Positions 1 through 10,760 of a stretch of DNA of 64,000 nt are shown piece after piece (the stretch's first letter is position 1; every line of letters begins with the position of its first letter). The DNA comes from Alphaproteobacteria bacterium (GTDB lineage: Bacteria; Pseudomonadota; Alphaproteobacteria; UBA828), in contig CAXXMU010000001.1 in assembly GCA_963667785.2 (NCBI GenBank), positions 128,001 through 192,000 on the forward strand, written 5' to 3'. The translations under genes and the position numbers were made by a program. The notes under the pieces are model-generated. The model saw only the letters and a program-made list of their open reading frames with translations. It had not been told where the DNA came from and ran no database searches.

Positions 1-323
1 AGCGTCTCGTGCGAGCGCGAGCGCAGCGCGATGGCATCGACATAGCGCGACAGCACGCGCGCCGTGTCCTCGATGGTCTCGCCGCGGCCGAGCTGCATGT
101 CCGCCGGCGTGAGGGTGATGGTCTTGCCGCCGAGCTCGTCCATGGCGACTTCGAACGAGACCCGCGTGCGCGTCGACGGGCTCTCGAAGATCGCGGCCAG
201 CGTCCTGCCGGCGAGCGGGGCGGCGCCGTTCCGCCCCTTCAGGGTGCGCGCGCGGTCGATGGTCGCCCGCAGCGTCCCTGCGTCGATCGCGTCGAAATCG
301 AGGAAGTGACGGGGCCGGCTCAC
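1..323 (-). CDS. argF: Ornithine carbamoyltransferase, N-terminal part (runs off window start)
   Basis: Hand translation from GTG at 323: [11 protein letters not shown]...[17 protein letters not shown]...[22 protein letters not shown]. Contains the carbamoyl-phosphate STRT motif and overlaps the argD stop (GTGA). Confidence 0.93.
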   Translation of the reverse strand, partial: MSRPRHFLDFDAIDAGTLRATIDRARTLKGRNGAAPLAGRTLAAIFESPSTRTRVSFEVAMDELGGKTITLTPADMQLGRGETIEDTARVLSRYVDAIALRSRSHET

Positions 324-1489
324 GATCCGACCTGGCTGCAGGCCCGCTCGAGCGCGTCGCAGGCCTCGTCGATCTCGGTCTCGCCGATGTTCAGCGGCGG
401 CAGCATGCGCAGCACGTTGCCGTCCGCCGGCAGCGCCAGCACCTTGCGCTCGCGCAGCGCGCCGAGGAGTTCCATGTTGGGCACCACGCATTCGAGCCCC
501 AGCATGAGGCCGCGGCCGCGCACGCCGGTATAGACGCTCTTGTTGCCGGCCATCGCCGTCAGCCGCTCGGTGAGCTGCGCGCCCGTCTCCCGCACCCGCT
601 CCAGGAAGCCCTCCGCCAGCACCACGTCCAGCACGGCGTTGCCGACCGCGCAGGCGAGCGGGTTGCCGCCGAAGGTGGTGCCGTGGCTGCCGGGGACCAT
701 GGCGGCCGCCATCTCCTCCCGCGCGAGGCAGGCGCCGATGGGGAAGCCGTTCCCCAGCGCCTTGGCGACGGCCATGATGTCCGGCGTCACGCCTGCCCAT
801 TCATGGGCGAAGAGCCGGCCGGTGCGGCCCACGCCGCACTGCACCTCGTCGAAGATGAGCACCAGGCCCGCCTCGTCGCAGAGCGCGCGCAGGCCCCGCA
901 GGAACGCGTCGTCCGCCGGATAGACGCCGCCCTCGCCCTGGACCGGCTCGACCAGGATCGCCGCGGTCTCGTCCCCCACTGCGGCCCGCGCGGCGGCGAG
1001 GTCGTTCAGGTCGACCTGGTCGAAGGCATCGACGGCCGGCTCGAAGCCCTTGAGGTGCTTGGCCTGGCCGCCGGCCGCGATGGTGGCGAGCGTGCGCCCG
1101 TGGAAGGCGTTGCGGAAGGTGATCGTGCGGTAGCGCCCGGGCGCGCCGCGGCTCGTCTGGTAGATGCGGGCCAGCTTGAGCGAGGCCTCCATGGCCTCGG
1201 CGCCGGAGTTGCAGAAGAGCACGCGGTCGGCGAAGGAGTTGGCGGTGAGCTGCTCGGCGAGGCGCGCCTGCGGCGGGATGTGGTAGAGGTTCGAGACGTG
1301 CCAGAGCTCCTTCGCCTGGTCCTCGAGGGCCGCGACCACGTGCGGGTGCGCGTGGCCGAGACTGGTCACGCCGATGCCGCAGCCGAAATCCAGATAGCGC
1401 TCGCCGTCGGCGGTGAAGAGGTAGGAGCCCTCGCCCCGCGCAAACGTGAGGTCGAAGCGGCCATAGTTGGCCATCACTGAAGTGGACAC
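320..1489 (-). CDS. argD: Acetylornithine aminotransferase (class III PLP)
   Basis: Motifs [47 protein letters not shown]; adjacent to argF. Confidence 0.95.
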   Translation of the reverse strand: MSTSVMANYGRFDLTFARGEGSYLFTADGERYLDFGCGIGVTSLGHAHPHVVAALEDQAKELWHVSNLYHIPPQARLAEQLTANSFADRVLFCNSGAEAMEASLKLARIYQTSRGAPGRYRTITFRNAFHGRTLATIAAGGQAKHLKGFEPAVDAFDQVDLNDLAAARAAVGDETAAILVEPVQGEGGVYPADDAFLRGLRALCDEAGLVLIFDEVQCGVGRTGRLFAHEWAGVTPDIMAVAKALGNGFPIGACLAREEMAAAMVPGSHGTTFGGNPLACAVGNAVLDVVLAEGFLERVRETGAQLTERLTAMAGNKSVYTGVRGRGLMLGLECVVPNMELLGALRERKVLALPADGNVLRMLPPLNIGETEIDEACDALERACSQVGS

Positions 1490-1521
1490 GGCAGCGCCTC
1501 CGCCAAATCGGGAAAGCGCGC

Positions 1522-1550
1522 ACTATCCGTATGCGGGCCGCCCAAGTCAA
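1522..1550 (-). promoter_or_regulatory. Putative sigma70 promoter of argD-argF
   Basis: Minus strand reads TTGACT-N17-GATAGT, ~33 nt upstream of the argD start. Confidence 0.55.
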
Positions 1551-1584
1551 CGCGGGCGGGCGCTCCGAACGGACTGGCGGCGGA

Positions 1585-3252
1585 TCAGATCGGGTATTCG
1601 ATCGTCCCGAGGCGGGCCGAGAGCTTCATGTTCTCGCCATAGTCGATGGGCACGCCGATCACCGCCGGGCCGGGCTGGGCGAAGGCCTCTTCCAGGGCCG
1701 GGCCGAGCTCGCTCGCGCTCTCGATGGTCCGCCCCCAGGCGCCGTAGGACTTGGCCCAGAGCGCGAGGTCCGGGTTGGTGAACGAGAGGTCGAAGTGGCG
1801 GCCGTCGAAGGCGTTCCGCTGCTTCCACTCGATCAGCCCGTAGGCGCCGTCCATCCAGATCATGGCGACGACGTTGAGCTTGCGCCTGACCGCGGTCTCC
1901 ATGTCCTGGGCGTTCATGAAGAAGCCCGCGTCGCCGTTGATCGAGAGGACGCGGCGCTCCGGCAGCGCGATCTTGGCCCCGAGCGAGCCGGGGAAGGCGA
2001 AGCCCATGGTGCAGAAGCCGTTGGAGATGAGGCAGGTGTTGGCCTCGTCGCACTGGTAGTAGCGGGCGATCCACATCTTGTGGGCGCCGACGTCGGAGAG
2101 CAGCACGTCGTCGGGCCCCATGAACTGGCGCACGTCGTAGAGCACCTTCTGCGGGCGCATGGGGAAGTGGCTGCTGCCCCGCTCCGCCGTGAGGTCGTCG
2201 TGGATGGTGGTGCGCAGCGCTTGCCGCTCGTCGATGTCGAAGAGCGGCAGGTTGGCGCCGCCGTCTGCGGCGCGCCGCTCGATCTCCTCGTTGATCTGCC
2301 AGAGGGCATCGGCGATGTCGCCGGCGACGTCGACCGCGACCTGGTAGTCGCCGTCCACCTCCGCCGGCCAGAAGTCGATGTGGACGATGGTCTTCTCCGC
2401 CCCGCGGTTCCAGAAGGCGGGCGAGTACTCCACCAGGTCGTAGCCGACCGAGACGATCACGTCGGCCTCGCGGAGCGCCGCGATGATGTGGTCCTTGCCC
2501 TGCAGGCCCACGGTGAAGAGGCAGTGCTCGTCGCTGCGGGGGACGGCGCCCTTGCCCATGAAGGTGTTGACGACGCCGATGCCGCTGAGCGCCGCGAGCC
2601 GTCTCAGCTGGGTCGAGGCGCGTTTGCGGATGGCGCCGTTGCCGGCCAGGATCAGCGGTTTCTCGGCGCCGATGATCGCGTCCACCGCGCGCGCCACCGC
2701 CTTGTAGTCGGCGCCGGGGCGGCGGGTCTTGATCGGCGCGATCGGCGCGCCCGCCGCCTCGTGCTCGGCGATGTCCTCCGGCAGCTCGATCAGCACCGCG
2801 CCGGGCTTCTCGGCCTCGGCGACCTTGAAGGCCTTGCGCACGATCTCGGGGATGTTGTCCGGCTGGTGCACCGTCTGCGCCCACTTGGTGATGGGGCGGA
2901 ACATGGAGACCGAGTCCATGTTCTGGTGGCTCTCCTTGTGCAGCCGCTGGGTGCCGGCCTGGCCGATGAGGCAGACCACGGGCGCGCGGTCCATGTTGGC
3001 GTCGGCGACGCCGGTCACGAGATTGGTGGCGCCGGGGCCGAGGGTGCCGAGGCAGACGCCCGCCTTGCCGGTCAGCCGGCCGTAGACGTCGGCCATGAAG
3101 GCCGCCGCCTGCTCGTGGCGACAGAGGACGAAGTCGATGTCGCTCTCCATCAGCGACATCATCACGTCGGCGTTCTCCTCGCCGGGAATGCCGAAGATGT
3201 GGGTCACGCCCTCGGTCTCGAGGCACCTGACCAGAAGATCGGACGCTTTCAT
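1585..3252 (-). CDS. Acetolactate synthase large subunit / ThDP-dependent enzyme
   Basis: MKASDLLVRCLETEGVTHIFGIPGEEN, RHEQAAAFMA, TLGPGATN and the ThDP motif GDAGFFMN; start taken at ATG 3252. Confidence 0.9.
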   Translation of the reverse strand: MKASDLLVRCLETEGVTHIFGIPGEENADVMMSLMESDIDFVLCRHEQAAAFMADVYGRLTGKAGVCLGTLGPGATNLVTGVADANMDRAPVVCLIGQAGTQRLHKESHQNMDSVSMFRPITKWAQTVHQPDNIPEIVRKAFKVAEAEKPGAVLIELPEDIAEHEAAGAPIAPIKTRRPGADYKAVARAVDAIIGAEKPLILAGNGAIRKRASTQLRRLAALSGIGVVNTFMGKGAVPRSDEHCLFTVGLQGKDHIIAALREADVIVSVGYDLVEYSPAFWNRGAEKTIVHIDFWPAEVDGDYQVAVDVAGDIADALWQINEEIERRAADGGANLPLFDIDERQALRTTIHDDLTAERGSSHFPMRPQKVLYDVRQFMGPDDVLLSDVGAHKMWIARYYQCDEANTCLISNGFCTMGFAFPGSLGAKIALPERRVLSINGDAGFFMNAQDMETAVRRKLNVVAMIWMDGAYGLIEWKQRNAFDGRHFDLSFTNPDLALWAKSYGAWGRTIESASELGPALEEAFAQPGPAVIGVPIDYGENMKLSARLGTIEYPI

Positions 3253-3473
3253 GCAACCCCCGTGGGCGGATCCGTCACCGCCGCCGCGCCAGCCCATGCT
3301 CGCGGCGCACGATGGGGCCGGGGCGCCCCTTAGTCAACGCGCCCGCTTGGCGGATCACGCCCCTGTTTGAAGAGTTGAAGGACCATGGCGGGGTCGAGGC
3401 GCTAACGGCTGCCTTCCGGCGCAGCGCTGCCTGCCCGGAATGACGGAGCGGGGCGAAGCGCGAGGCCCGGAAG

Positions 3474-3809
3474 TCAGTCGAGCGCGCGCAGGGCCGTCTC
3501 AGGCTCCTTGTCGAGAATCCTGAGCAAGGCCCTGGCGGCGCCCGTGGGCCCGCGTTTGCCTTGCTCCCAGTTGCGTATCGTCTCGTGCGGCACGTCGATT
3601 CGGCGAGCGAACTCCACTTGCGTCAGCCCCAGACGCCTGCGTACCCGACGGGTAAACCGCGCCATGTCCTGCATCGCCTCGACGTCGTCATGGCGCGCCT
3701 GCCGCGCGATATCTTCCTCGGTCGTCGCGTCCAGCATCGCATGGCGGACCCGTCCCGGAGGAAGGCTGCGCGGATTGTCCGGGTCAATTCTGACTCGTGT
3801 TCTGCTCAT
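3474..3809 (-). CDS. Antitoxin with C-terminal XRE/HTH_3 domain
   Basis: RRRLGLTQVEFARRIDVPHETIRNWEQGKRGP helix-turn-helix; overlaps the upstream toxin gene. Confidence 0.85.
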   Translation of the reverse strand: MSRTRVRIDPDNPRSLPPGRVRHAMLDATTEEDIARQARHDDVEAMQDMARFTRRVRRRLGLTQVEFARRIDVPHETIRNWEQGKRGPTGAARALLRILDKEPETALRALD

Positions 3810-4065
3810 ACTCCCGAACCTCCTTGCCGTTGGCCTTGCGCGCCGAAATTATGCGGATGACCGAACCGCGCACCGTGTAGATCACGAGGAACACGCGACC
3901 CTCTATCGACCCGAGCAGCCGATAGCGGTCCTCGCCGTAGTCCCACCGACGATCCCGGCCGACGATCCGGTCGTCATCCAGAAAGGCGCGGATGGCGTAA
4001 GCAAAATCGAAGTCGCGCTGCGCGAGACAGGCGTCGCTCTTGGCATCGTCCCATTCGAATTCCAT
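3784..4065 (-). CDS. BrnT-family ribonuclease toxin
   Basis: MEFEWDDAK...DYGEDRY...IYTVRGSVIRIISARKAN, the typical BrnT/DUF497 pattern. Confidence 0.92.
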   Translation of the reverse strand: MEFEWDDAKSDACLAQRDFDFAYAIRAFLDDDRIVGRDRRWDYGEDRYRLLGSIEGRVFLVIYTVRGSVIRIISARKANGKEVREYEQNTSQN

Positions 4066-4070
4066 GGCAT

Positions 4071-4099
4071 GATGTAGGCCAATGGCCTACCCGAGTCAA
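4071..4099 (-). promoter_or_regulatory. TA promoter (TTGACT-N17-TACATC) with overlapping palindromic operator at 4074-4090
   Basis: Perfect 8-1-8 inverted repeat GTAGGCCA-A-TGGCCTAC overlapping the spacer and -10 box; toxin ATG lies 5 nt after the -10. Confidence 0.75.
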
Positions 4100-4125
4100 C
4101 GCTGGGCGCGATGCTGCCGCATGCG

Positions 4126-6546
4126 CTAACCCGGCGCGTCCTCGCCCGAGCTGCTGCCCGCATCCTCCGGCCCGTCGCTGGTCCCGCTGCCCCGCTCGCG
4201 CGGTGTGCGTGCGTGCGGCGTGGCTCGGTCCTCCTTCGCCGGCGCCTGGGGAGGCTGCGCCGGGGCGGGAGCATCGGCGCTCTCCCGCGCGTCTTCGATG
4301 ACCACGCGCGCGGCCGGCGCCCGGCCCTGCTTGTCCTCGCCGAAGTAGATCTGCGTGTGGGGGAAGGGGATCTCGATGCCGCGGGCGTCGAAGGCCGCCT
4401 TGAGCCGGCGGTTGTACTCCCGCCCGGTTGCCCACTGGGTGAGCGGCTTCGTCTTCAGCCGGGCGCGGACGATGACCGCGGAATCGCCGAAGCTGTTGAG
4501 CCCCATGATCTCCAGCGGCTCCAGCATGTTGGGGCCGAAGTCGGGGTCCTGCTGCAGCTCCGCGCCGACCTCGCGCATGACCGCCACCACCTCGTCGTAG
4601 TCCTCGCGGTAGGCGACCCCCATGTCGATCAGGTAGTAGGAGAAGTCCTTGGTCATGTTGGAGACCGAGCCGACCGCGCTGAACGGCACCGTGTGCACGT
4701 GCCCCTGCAGGTCCCGCAGCCGGATCGTGCGAACGGTGATCGCCTCCACCGTGCCGGTATGGCCGCCGGCGGTCACCACGTCGCCCACGGCGACGCTGTC
4801 CTCCAGCAGGATGAAGAGCCCGGTGATGATGTCCTTCACCAGGGTCTGCGCGCCGAAGCCGATGGCGAGGCCGGCCACGCCCACGCCGGCCAGCACCGGC
4901 GCGATGTCGATGCCGATCTCGGAGAGGATCATCAGCGCCGCGATCACGCCGACGACGACGCGGAGCGCGTTGCGGGCGAGCGGCAGCAGCGTCCGCGCGC
5001 GCTGGCTGCGCTCCACCTGCTCGCCCGTCTCGTCGGTCGCGCTCAGGTAGCGATCGACCAGGGTCGTCACCACCTCCAGCACGAGCGCGGCGATGACGGC
5101 GATGGCGACGATCGAGGCAAGCGTGGCGATCACGGCGGTGCCGGTCTCGCTCGCGAGCCAGGTGAAGATGTCGGCGTTCCACGCCTCGAGGATCAGGCAG
5201 AGGCCGAGCAGCAGGATCACCGCCTGCGCCGCGCCGCGCGCGACCGGCAGGTAGCGGTTGACCCGCGCCTGCAGCCCCGGATAGCGCTCGCGAAGCTCGG
5301 TGCGGATGCGGAACCCGCGTTCCATGGCGCGGCGGACGCCGGCGAAGCCGAAGCCCGTGGCCCAGGCGATGACGAGCGTCGCCGCACTCCCCTTGACCAG
5401 GAAGAGGAAGCCGTCCAGCCCGTCGGCTGCCGCGAGCAGCCCGCCGGCGACGACGTAGAGGATGGCCGGGATGTGCCAGAAGTCCGCGAGCTTGCCGAGG
5501 AGCGCGAAGACCCGGAGATGCGCCCGCCCGCCGTGCGCGCGCCCGGTCTCGTGCAGCCAGCGCGCGAGCGGCGCGCGGTTCTGCAGGATGAAGGTGATGA
5601 GCAGCCCGACCAGGAGGATGCCGAGCAGGCGGATCAGCGCGGCGTAGCCGCTCTCCGGCAGGCCGAGGAGGAGCCCGGCCTGGCAGAGGATGTAGCCGTA
5701 GGCGCCGATGTTCACGAGCCGCCGCCACCAGATCGAGCAGTAGGCGGCGTTCACGTCGGAGAGCGGCGCAAGGCGAAGCTGCGGCGCGTAGGGCGCCAGC
5801 ACGAGCGTGCCGGCCGCCTTGGCCAGGCTCGCGATCAGGTGGGCGTTGATGATCGCGAGCGCGATCACGCGCACCGTCTCGCCCGGCTCGATGAGGGTGA
5901 CCGCGCCGTAGCCCGCGCCGGCCGCGACCAGATTGGGCGCCAGCCTCAGAGCCGTGTGGTAGAGCAGGAGCGGCGGCTGCAGCCAGGGGGAGGGCTTCTC
6001 TCGCCGCTCCAGCCGGCGGCGGGGCACGGTGAGCGCGTAGAAGGCGGCGAGCCCGGCGATGACACCCGCGGCGACGCTCGCGAGCAGCCGGCCGAAGGCG
6101 ACGAGCCAGTCGTTGCGCTCGTCGGGCTCGCCGCCGTGCTCGACCACCCAGGCGATCGCATCGGGGATGTCGGCGATCGCGCCCGCGAGCTCGACGATAT
6201 GCGTGCCGAGGACGGCGACGCCGTCGGATATCGCCCGCATCGCGGACGCCTCCTCCGCGCTATCGCCTTCGTCCGCCGTCTGCCGGGCCGCGATCGCCGT
6301 CTTGAGATCGGCGATGAAGCGCTCGCGGCTCTCGGGCGATTCGAGGGTCTCGACCAGCCGCTCGAGCTCGCCCGCGTCGACCGTGCCGTCCGTCGCCGCA
6401 GGCTCCTGCGCCAAGGCCGGCGCGCTCGCCACGAGCCAGAGGGCCGCGAGAAGCAGCGCCGCAGCCCGCGCCGGGCACGCAAAGGCGGCGCGAACCGGCG
6501 GCCCCTGGACACCCGGCCAAAGCGCGTGCCAGAGTGCCGCCGCCAT
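4126..6546 (-). CDS. MscS-family mechanosensitive channel (YbiO-like, large); start uncertain
   Basis: Multiple TM segments; [55 protein letters not shown]. Confidence 0.9.
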   Translation of the reverse strand: MAAALWHALWPGVQGPPVRAAFACPARAAALLLAALWLVASAPALAQEPAATDGTVDAGELERLVETLESPESRERFIADLKTAIAARQTADEGDSAEEASAMRAISDGVAVLGTHIVELAGAIADIPDAIAWVVEHGGEPDERNDWLVAFGRLLASVAAGVIAGLAAFYALTVPRRRLERREKPSPWLQPPLLLYHTALRLAPNLVAAGAGYGAVTLIEPGETVRVIALAIINAHLIASLAKAAGTLVLAPYAPQLRLAPLSDVNAAYCSIWWRRLVNIGAYGYILCQAGLLLGLPESGYAALIRLLGILLVGLLITFILQNRAPLARWLHETGRAHGGRAHLRVFALLGKLADFWHIPAILYVVAGGLLAAADGLDGFLFLVKGSAATLVIAWATGFGFAGVRRAMERGFRIRTELRERYPGLQARVNRYLPVARGAAQAVILLLGLCLILEAWNADIFTWLASETGTAVIATLASIVAIAVIAALVLEVVTTLVDRYLSATDETGEQVERSQRARTLLPLARNALRVVVGVIAALMILSEIGIDIAPVLAGVGVAGLAIGFGAQTLVKDIITGLFILLEDSVAVGDVVTAGGHTGTVEAITVRTIRLRDLQGHVHTVPFSAVGSVSNMTKDFSYYLIDMGVAYREDYDEVVAVMREVGAELQQDPDFGPNMLEPLEIMGLNSFGDSAVIVRARLKTKPLTQWATGREYNRRLKAAFDARGIEIPFPHTQIYFGEDKQGRAPAARVVIEDARESADAPAPAQPPQAPAKEDRATPHARTPRERGSGTSDGPEDAGSSSGEDAPG

Positions 6547-6568
6547 GCGATGCACCTGGAGGGACGAC

Positions 6569-6916
6569 ATGGCGGTGACTATTTACCACAACCCGCGCTG
6601 CTCCAAGTCCCGTCAGGCATTGCAGCTTCTGCGCGAGCGGGGCGTCGAGCCGGTGATCGTGGAGTATCTGAAGACGCCGCCCGGTGCGCGCGAGATCGGC
6701 GGCCTGCTGCAAAAGCTCGGGATGGAGCCGCGCGCTCTCATGCGCGCGAAGGAGGCCGCCTACCGCGAGGCCGGCATGGCGGACGAGAGCCTCTCCCGCC
6801 GGGCGCTGATCGACCTCATGGCGCAGAACCCCATCGTGATCGAGCGGCCGATCGTGGTGAGCGGCGACCGCGCGGCCCTCGGCCGGCCGCCCGAGAACGT
6901 GCTCACCGTCCTCTAG
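6569..6916 (+). CDS. arsC: Arsenate reductase, glutaredoxin-dependent ArsC family
   Basis: [27 protein letters not shown]. Confidence 0.9.
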   Translation: MAVTIYHNPRCSKSRQALQLLRERGVEPVIVEYLKTPPGAREIGGLLQKLGMEPRALMRAKEAAYREAGMADESLSRRALIDLMAQNPIVIERPIVVSGDRAALGRPPENVLTVL

Positions 6917-6933
6917 CCTCCCACGCTCAGCCC

Positions 6934-7887
6934 GTGGACCTTCCGGTCGTCTTTCACCCGGACTACACGGTCCCGCTGCCGCCCGGCCACCGCTTCCCGA
7001 TCGGCAAGTTCGGGCGTATCCGAGACGTGCTGCTGGAGGACGGCGTGATCCCGCCAGAGAGCCTGGTGGAGCCCGCGCCCGCATCCCGCGCCTGGCTCAC
7101 GCTCGCCCACGACGAGGCCTACGTCGACGCGGTGCTGGCGCTTGCGCTCGACCGCCGCGCCGTCCGCCGCCTCGGGCTGCCGCTGTCGGACGCGCTGGTC
7201 CGGCGCGGCCGCGCCGCGGTCGGCGGCACCGTGCTCACCGGCCGGCTCGCGCTGGAGCGCGGGCTCGCCTGCAACACCGCCGGCGGCAGCCATCATGCCT
7301 TCGCCGATCACGGTGCCGGCTTCTGCCTCTTCAACGACGTCGCCGTCGCCATCCGCGTGCTGCGGAAGGAGGGGCTGGTCGACCGCGCGCTGGTGGTCGA
7401 TCTCGACGTCCACCAGGGCGACGGCACCGCCGCGATCTTCCACGCGGAGCCGGAGACCTTCACCTTCTCGCTCCACTGCGAGGCCAACTATCCGCCGGCC
7501 AAGGAGACGGGCGATCTAGACATCGGCATTCCCCCCGGCACTAGCGATGCAGTCTATCAGGCGGTGCTGGAGACCCACTTGCCGGGCGTCCTCGCGCGCC
7601 ACCGGCCGGACATCGTGTTCTACAATGCGGGCGTCGATCCCCACGCGGAGGACAAGCTCGGCCGGCTCGCCCTCGGCGACGAGGGGCTCGCCCGGCGCGA
7701 CCGCTATGTGATCGAGACCTGCCGCGCCGCCGGCGCGCCCGTGGCCTGCGTGGTGGGCGGCGGCTATGCCGACGACCTCGATCGCCTCGCGCGCCGGCAT
7801 ACGAGCGTCCATCGGGCCGCCGCCACGGTGGCGCGAGAGGCGCGCGCGGCAGAGGGGCGGGTGCGGGTTGCGGGAGGGAGGCGATGA
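6934..7887 (+). CDS. Histone deacetylase-family amidohydrolase
   Basis: [46 protein letters not shown]. Confidence 0.92.
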   Translation: MDLPVVFHPDYTVPLPPGHRFPIGKFGRIRDVLLEDGVIPPESLVEPAPASRAWLTLAHDEAYVDAVLALALDRRAVRRLGLPLSDALVRRGRAAVGGTVLTGRLALERGLACNTAGGSHHAFADHGAGFCLFNDVAVAIRVLRKEGLVDRALVVDLDVHQGDGTAAIFHAEPETFTFSLHCEANYPPAKETGDLDIGIPPGTSDAVYQAVLETHLPGVLARHRPDIVFYNAGVDPHAEDKLGRLALGDEGLARRDRYVIETCRAAGAPVACVVGGGYADDLDRLARRHTSVHRAAATVAREARAAEGRVRVAGGRR

Positions 7888-8915
7888 AGGCGGCTGTGAT
7901 TCACGGCTACGGCGAGGCGTTCGACACCATCGTCTACGAGGACGTGCAGACGCCCGCGGCCGGCCCCGACGAGCTTCTGATCGAGGTCCACGCTTGCGGC
8001 GTGAACCACTGCGACACCGATCTGCGCAAGGGCCTCTTCGGCGTGGACAGCCCCATGCCGCACGTCATGGGGGTGGACGCTGCCGGCACCGTCGCCGACG
8101 CAGGTGCCGGCGTGACGGCGTTCGCCGAGGGCGACCGGGTCGCGCCTCACTTCATGCTGAGCTGCGGCGCCTGCGCCCATTGCCGCGACGGCGCCGAGAA
8201 CCTCTGCGAGGCCGCGGGCGTGCTCGGGGTTACCCAGTGGGGCGGCTACGCCGAGTACGTGAAGGTGCGCCACGACCATGTCGTGCGGATCCCCGACGCG
8301 CTCAGCTTCGAGGACGCGGTGGCCGGCCAGATCCCCTTCGCCACCGCCTGGGAGGCGCTGATCGAGGAGATCGGGCTGCGCGCCGGCGAGACGGTGCTGA
8401 TCACCGCAGCCGGCGGCGGCGTCGGCTCCGCGGCGGTGCAGATCGCCGCGCTCGCGGGCGCGCGGGTGATCGCCGCCGCAGGCTCGGAGGAGAAGCTGGA
8501 GAAGGCGCGCGCCCTCGGCGCCGACGCCGGCATCGACTACACGAAGCGCGATATCGGCGCGGAAGCCCGCCGGCTCACCGATGGCCGGGGCGTCGATGCG
8601 GCGCTGGAGATGACCGGGGGCGCGATCCTCGTCGGTGCGATCGACGCGCTGGCTGCGGGCGGCCGCCTCGCCACCATCGGCGCTCACGGCGGCGAGCGGG
8701 TGGAGATCGACTTCATCGAGCTCTTCCGCAAGCATGTCTCGGTGCACGGCTGCGGCCGCTCCACCAAGGCCCATGTCGAGCGGGTGCTCGGGTTGATGGC
8801 CGAGGGCCATCTCACGCCCGTGATTCACCGCACCTTCCCGCTCCGCGAGGCGCCGGCGGCCCATGCGCTGATGGAGAGCCGCGACTTCTTCGGCCGCATG
8901 ATCATGCGGCCTTGA
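7884..8915 (+). CDS. Zn-binding alcohol dehydrogenase / MDR-family oxidoreductase
   Basis: CGVNHCD, structural Zn motif CGACAHC...C, AAGGGVG nucleotide-binding motif. Confidence 0.88.
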   Translation: MKAAVIHGYGEAFDTIVYEDVQTPAAGPDELLIEVHACGVNHCDTDLRKGLFGVDSPMPHVMGVDAAGTVADAGAGVTAFAEGDRVAPHFMLSCGACAHCRDGAENLCEAAGVLGVTQWGGYAEYVKVRHDHVVRIPDALSFEDAVAGQIPFATAWEALIEEIGLRAGETVLITAAGGGVGSAAVQIAALAGARVIAAAGSEEKLEKARALGADAGIDYTKRDIGAEARRLTDGRGVDAALEMTGGAILVGAIDALAAGGRLATIGAHGGERVEIDFIELFRKHVSVHGCGRSTKAHVERVLGLMAEGHLTPVIHRTFPLREAPAAHALMESRDFFGRMIMRP

Positions 8916-8929
8916 GCCGCCCGGTCTCG

Positions 8930-9589
8930 GTGCCCGATCCGCTCGGCAACTTCGCCTTCACCTGGCCCTTCTACGCAGGCGGGGTCATCGCCTATCTGAT
9001 CGGCGCGCTGCCGATGGGCCTGGTCGTCGCGCGTCTCTTTCGCTTGGGTGACCCCAGGCGCATCGGCTCCGGCAATATCGGCGCTACCAACGTGCTGCGC
9101 ACCGGCAGCAAGGCGGCGGCGGCGCTCACCCTCGTTCTCGACGGTGGCAAGGGCGCCGTGGCCGTCGTCATCGCCCAGCGCTTCGGCCCCGACATGGCGG
9201 TGATCGCCGCCGGCGCCGCGGTCGTGGGCCACGTCGCCCCGGTCTGGCTGCTCTTCAGGGGCGGCAAGGGCGTCGCCACGACGCTCGGCGTGCTCCTCGC
9301 CATCGCCTGGCCGGTTGGCCTCGTCGCCTGCGGCCTCTGGCTCGCCGTCGCCGGCCTCTTCCGCTACTCGTCGCTGGCGGCGCTGGTCGCAATCGGCGCG
9401 GCGCCGGGCTTCGCGCTCCTCTTCGAGGCGCCGCAGATCGCCTGGCTGGCGGGCTTTCTCGCAGTCCTGGTGACGCTCCGCCATGCCGGCAACATCGCCC
9501 GCCTCGCACGCGGCCGCGAGCCCCGAATCGGTCTCGGCAGCCGAAGCGCCGCGGCCGCGGCTCCGGCAGACCCCCCGGCGGACCGGTGA
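8930..9589 (+). CDS. plsY: Glycerol-3-phosphate acyltransferase
   Basis: GSGNIGATNVLR, GHVAPVWLLFRGGKGVAT, RHAGNIARL; conserved position before dprA. Confidence 0.93.
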   Translation: MPDPLGNFAFTWPFYAGGVIAYLIGALPMGLVVARLFRLGDPRRIGSGNIGATNVLRTGSKAAAALTLVLDGGKGAVAVVIAQRFGPDMAVIAAGAAVVGHVAPVWLLFRGGKGVATTLGVLLAIAWPVGLVACGLWLAVAGLFRYSSLAALVAIGAAPGFALLFEAPQIAWLAGFLAVLVTLRHAGNIARLARGREPRIGLGSRSAAAAAPADPPADR

Positions 9590-10725
9590 CGGACACCGGC
9601 ACCCACACGCTCACCGAGGGCGAGCGCCTCGACTGGCTGCGCCTCGCCCGCAGCGAGAATGTCGGGCCGATCACCTTCTTCGCCCTGCTCGCCCGCTTCG
9701 GCACGCCCGGCGCCGTGCTTGACGCGCTGCCGGGGCTCGCGCGGCGCGGCGGCCGCCGGCGCCCGGTCAAGGTCTGCTCGCGCGCGACTGCAGAGCGCGA
9801 GATGGAAGCGCTCGCCCAGCTCGGCGGGTCGCTGATCGCGCTGGGCGAGCCGGCGTACCCGCCGGTGCTCGCCGCCATCGCCGATCCGCCGCCGGTGCTC
9901 AGCCTGCGCGGCCGCGCCGGGCTGCTTGCGCGCGACTCCGTCGCCATCGTCGGCGCGCGCAACGCGTCCGCCGGCGGGCTGCACCTCGCCGAGCGGCTGG
10001 CGGCGGATCTGGGCGCTGCCAAGCTCGTGGTGGTCTCCGGCATGGCGCGCGGCATCGATGCGCGGGCGCATGTCGGCGCGCTCGCCACCGGCACGGTGGC
10101 CGTCATGGGCGGCGGAGTCGATGTCGCCTATCCGAAGCAGAACCGGCAGCTCTACGAGCGGCTGCTGGAGGAGGCCGCGGTGATCGCCGAAGCCCCTCTC
10201 GGCACCGTTCCGATGGGGCGCCACTTCCCGCGCCGCAACCGCATCATCGCGGGCCTCTGTCGCGCCGTGGTCGTGGTCGAGGGCGCGGCCCGCTCGGGAT
10301 CGCTGATCACGGCGCGGCTCGCGCTGGAGCAAGGCCGCGAGGTGCTGGCGGTGCCCGGCTCGCCGCTCGACCCGCGCTCGGCCGGCCCCAACCGCCTGCT
10401 TCGGCAGGGCGCGACGCTGGTGGAGAGCGCGGCCGACGTGCTCGATGCGCTGGCAGACGGCCGCCCCCGGGTGCTCGACGAGCCGCGCCGGGACTGGCCT
10501 AGCGCCGCCCGATCCGAGCCGCCGGAAGAGGACGACGCGCCGGCCGGCGCCCGCGAGACCGTGGTCTCGCTGCTGGGCCCGAGCCCGGTGCCGGTGGACT
10601 TCCTCGTGCGCGAGAGCCGGTTGACACCCGCGACGGTGGCGACCATTTTGCTGGAGCTTGAGTTGGCGGGACGCCTGGAGCGGCAGCCGGGCAACCGCGT
10701 CTCACTCTCCCGGCCGGCGGCGTAG
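9586..10725 (+). CDS. dprA: DNA processing protein DprA/Smf
   Basis: AIVGARNAS, VSGMARGID, FPRRNRII, SGSLITA. Confidence 0.96.
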   Translation: MTDTGTHTLTEGERLDWLRLARSENVGPITFFALLARFGTPGAVLDALPGLARRGGRRRPVKVCSRATAEREMEALAQLGGSLIALGEPAYPPVLAAIADPPPVLSLRGRAGLLARDSVAIVGARNASAGGLHLAERLAADLGAAKLVVVSGMARGIDARAHVGALATGTVAVMGGGVDVAYPKQNRQLYERLLEEAAVIAEAPLGTVPMGRHFPRRNRIIAGLCRAVVVVEGAARSGSLITARLALEQGREVLAVPGSPLDPRSAGPNRLLRQGATLVESAADVLDALADGRPRVLDEPRRDWPSAARSEPPEEDDAPAGARETVVSLLGPSPVPVDFLVRESRLTPATVATILLELELAGRLERQPGNRVSLSRPAA

Positions 10726-10760
10726 CACCGCCCATCGGCGCTGCCAGCGGTCGTTGCGGA

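Noticed and set aside
6569-6916. Arsenic resistance island
   Set aside because: Lone ArsC-family gene without arsR, arsB or acr3; commonly a housekeeping-context gene.
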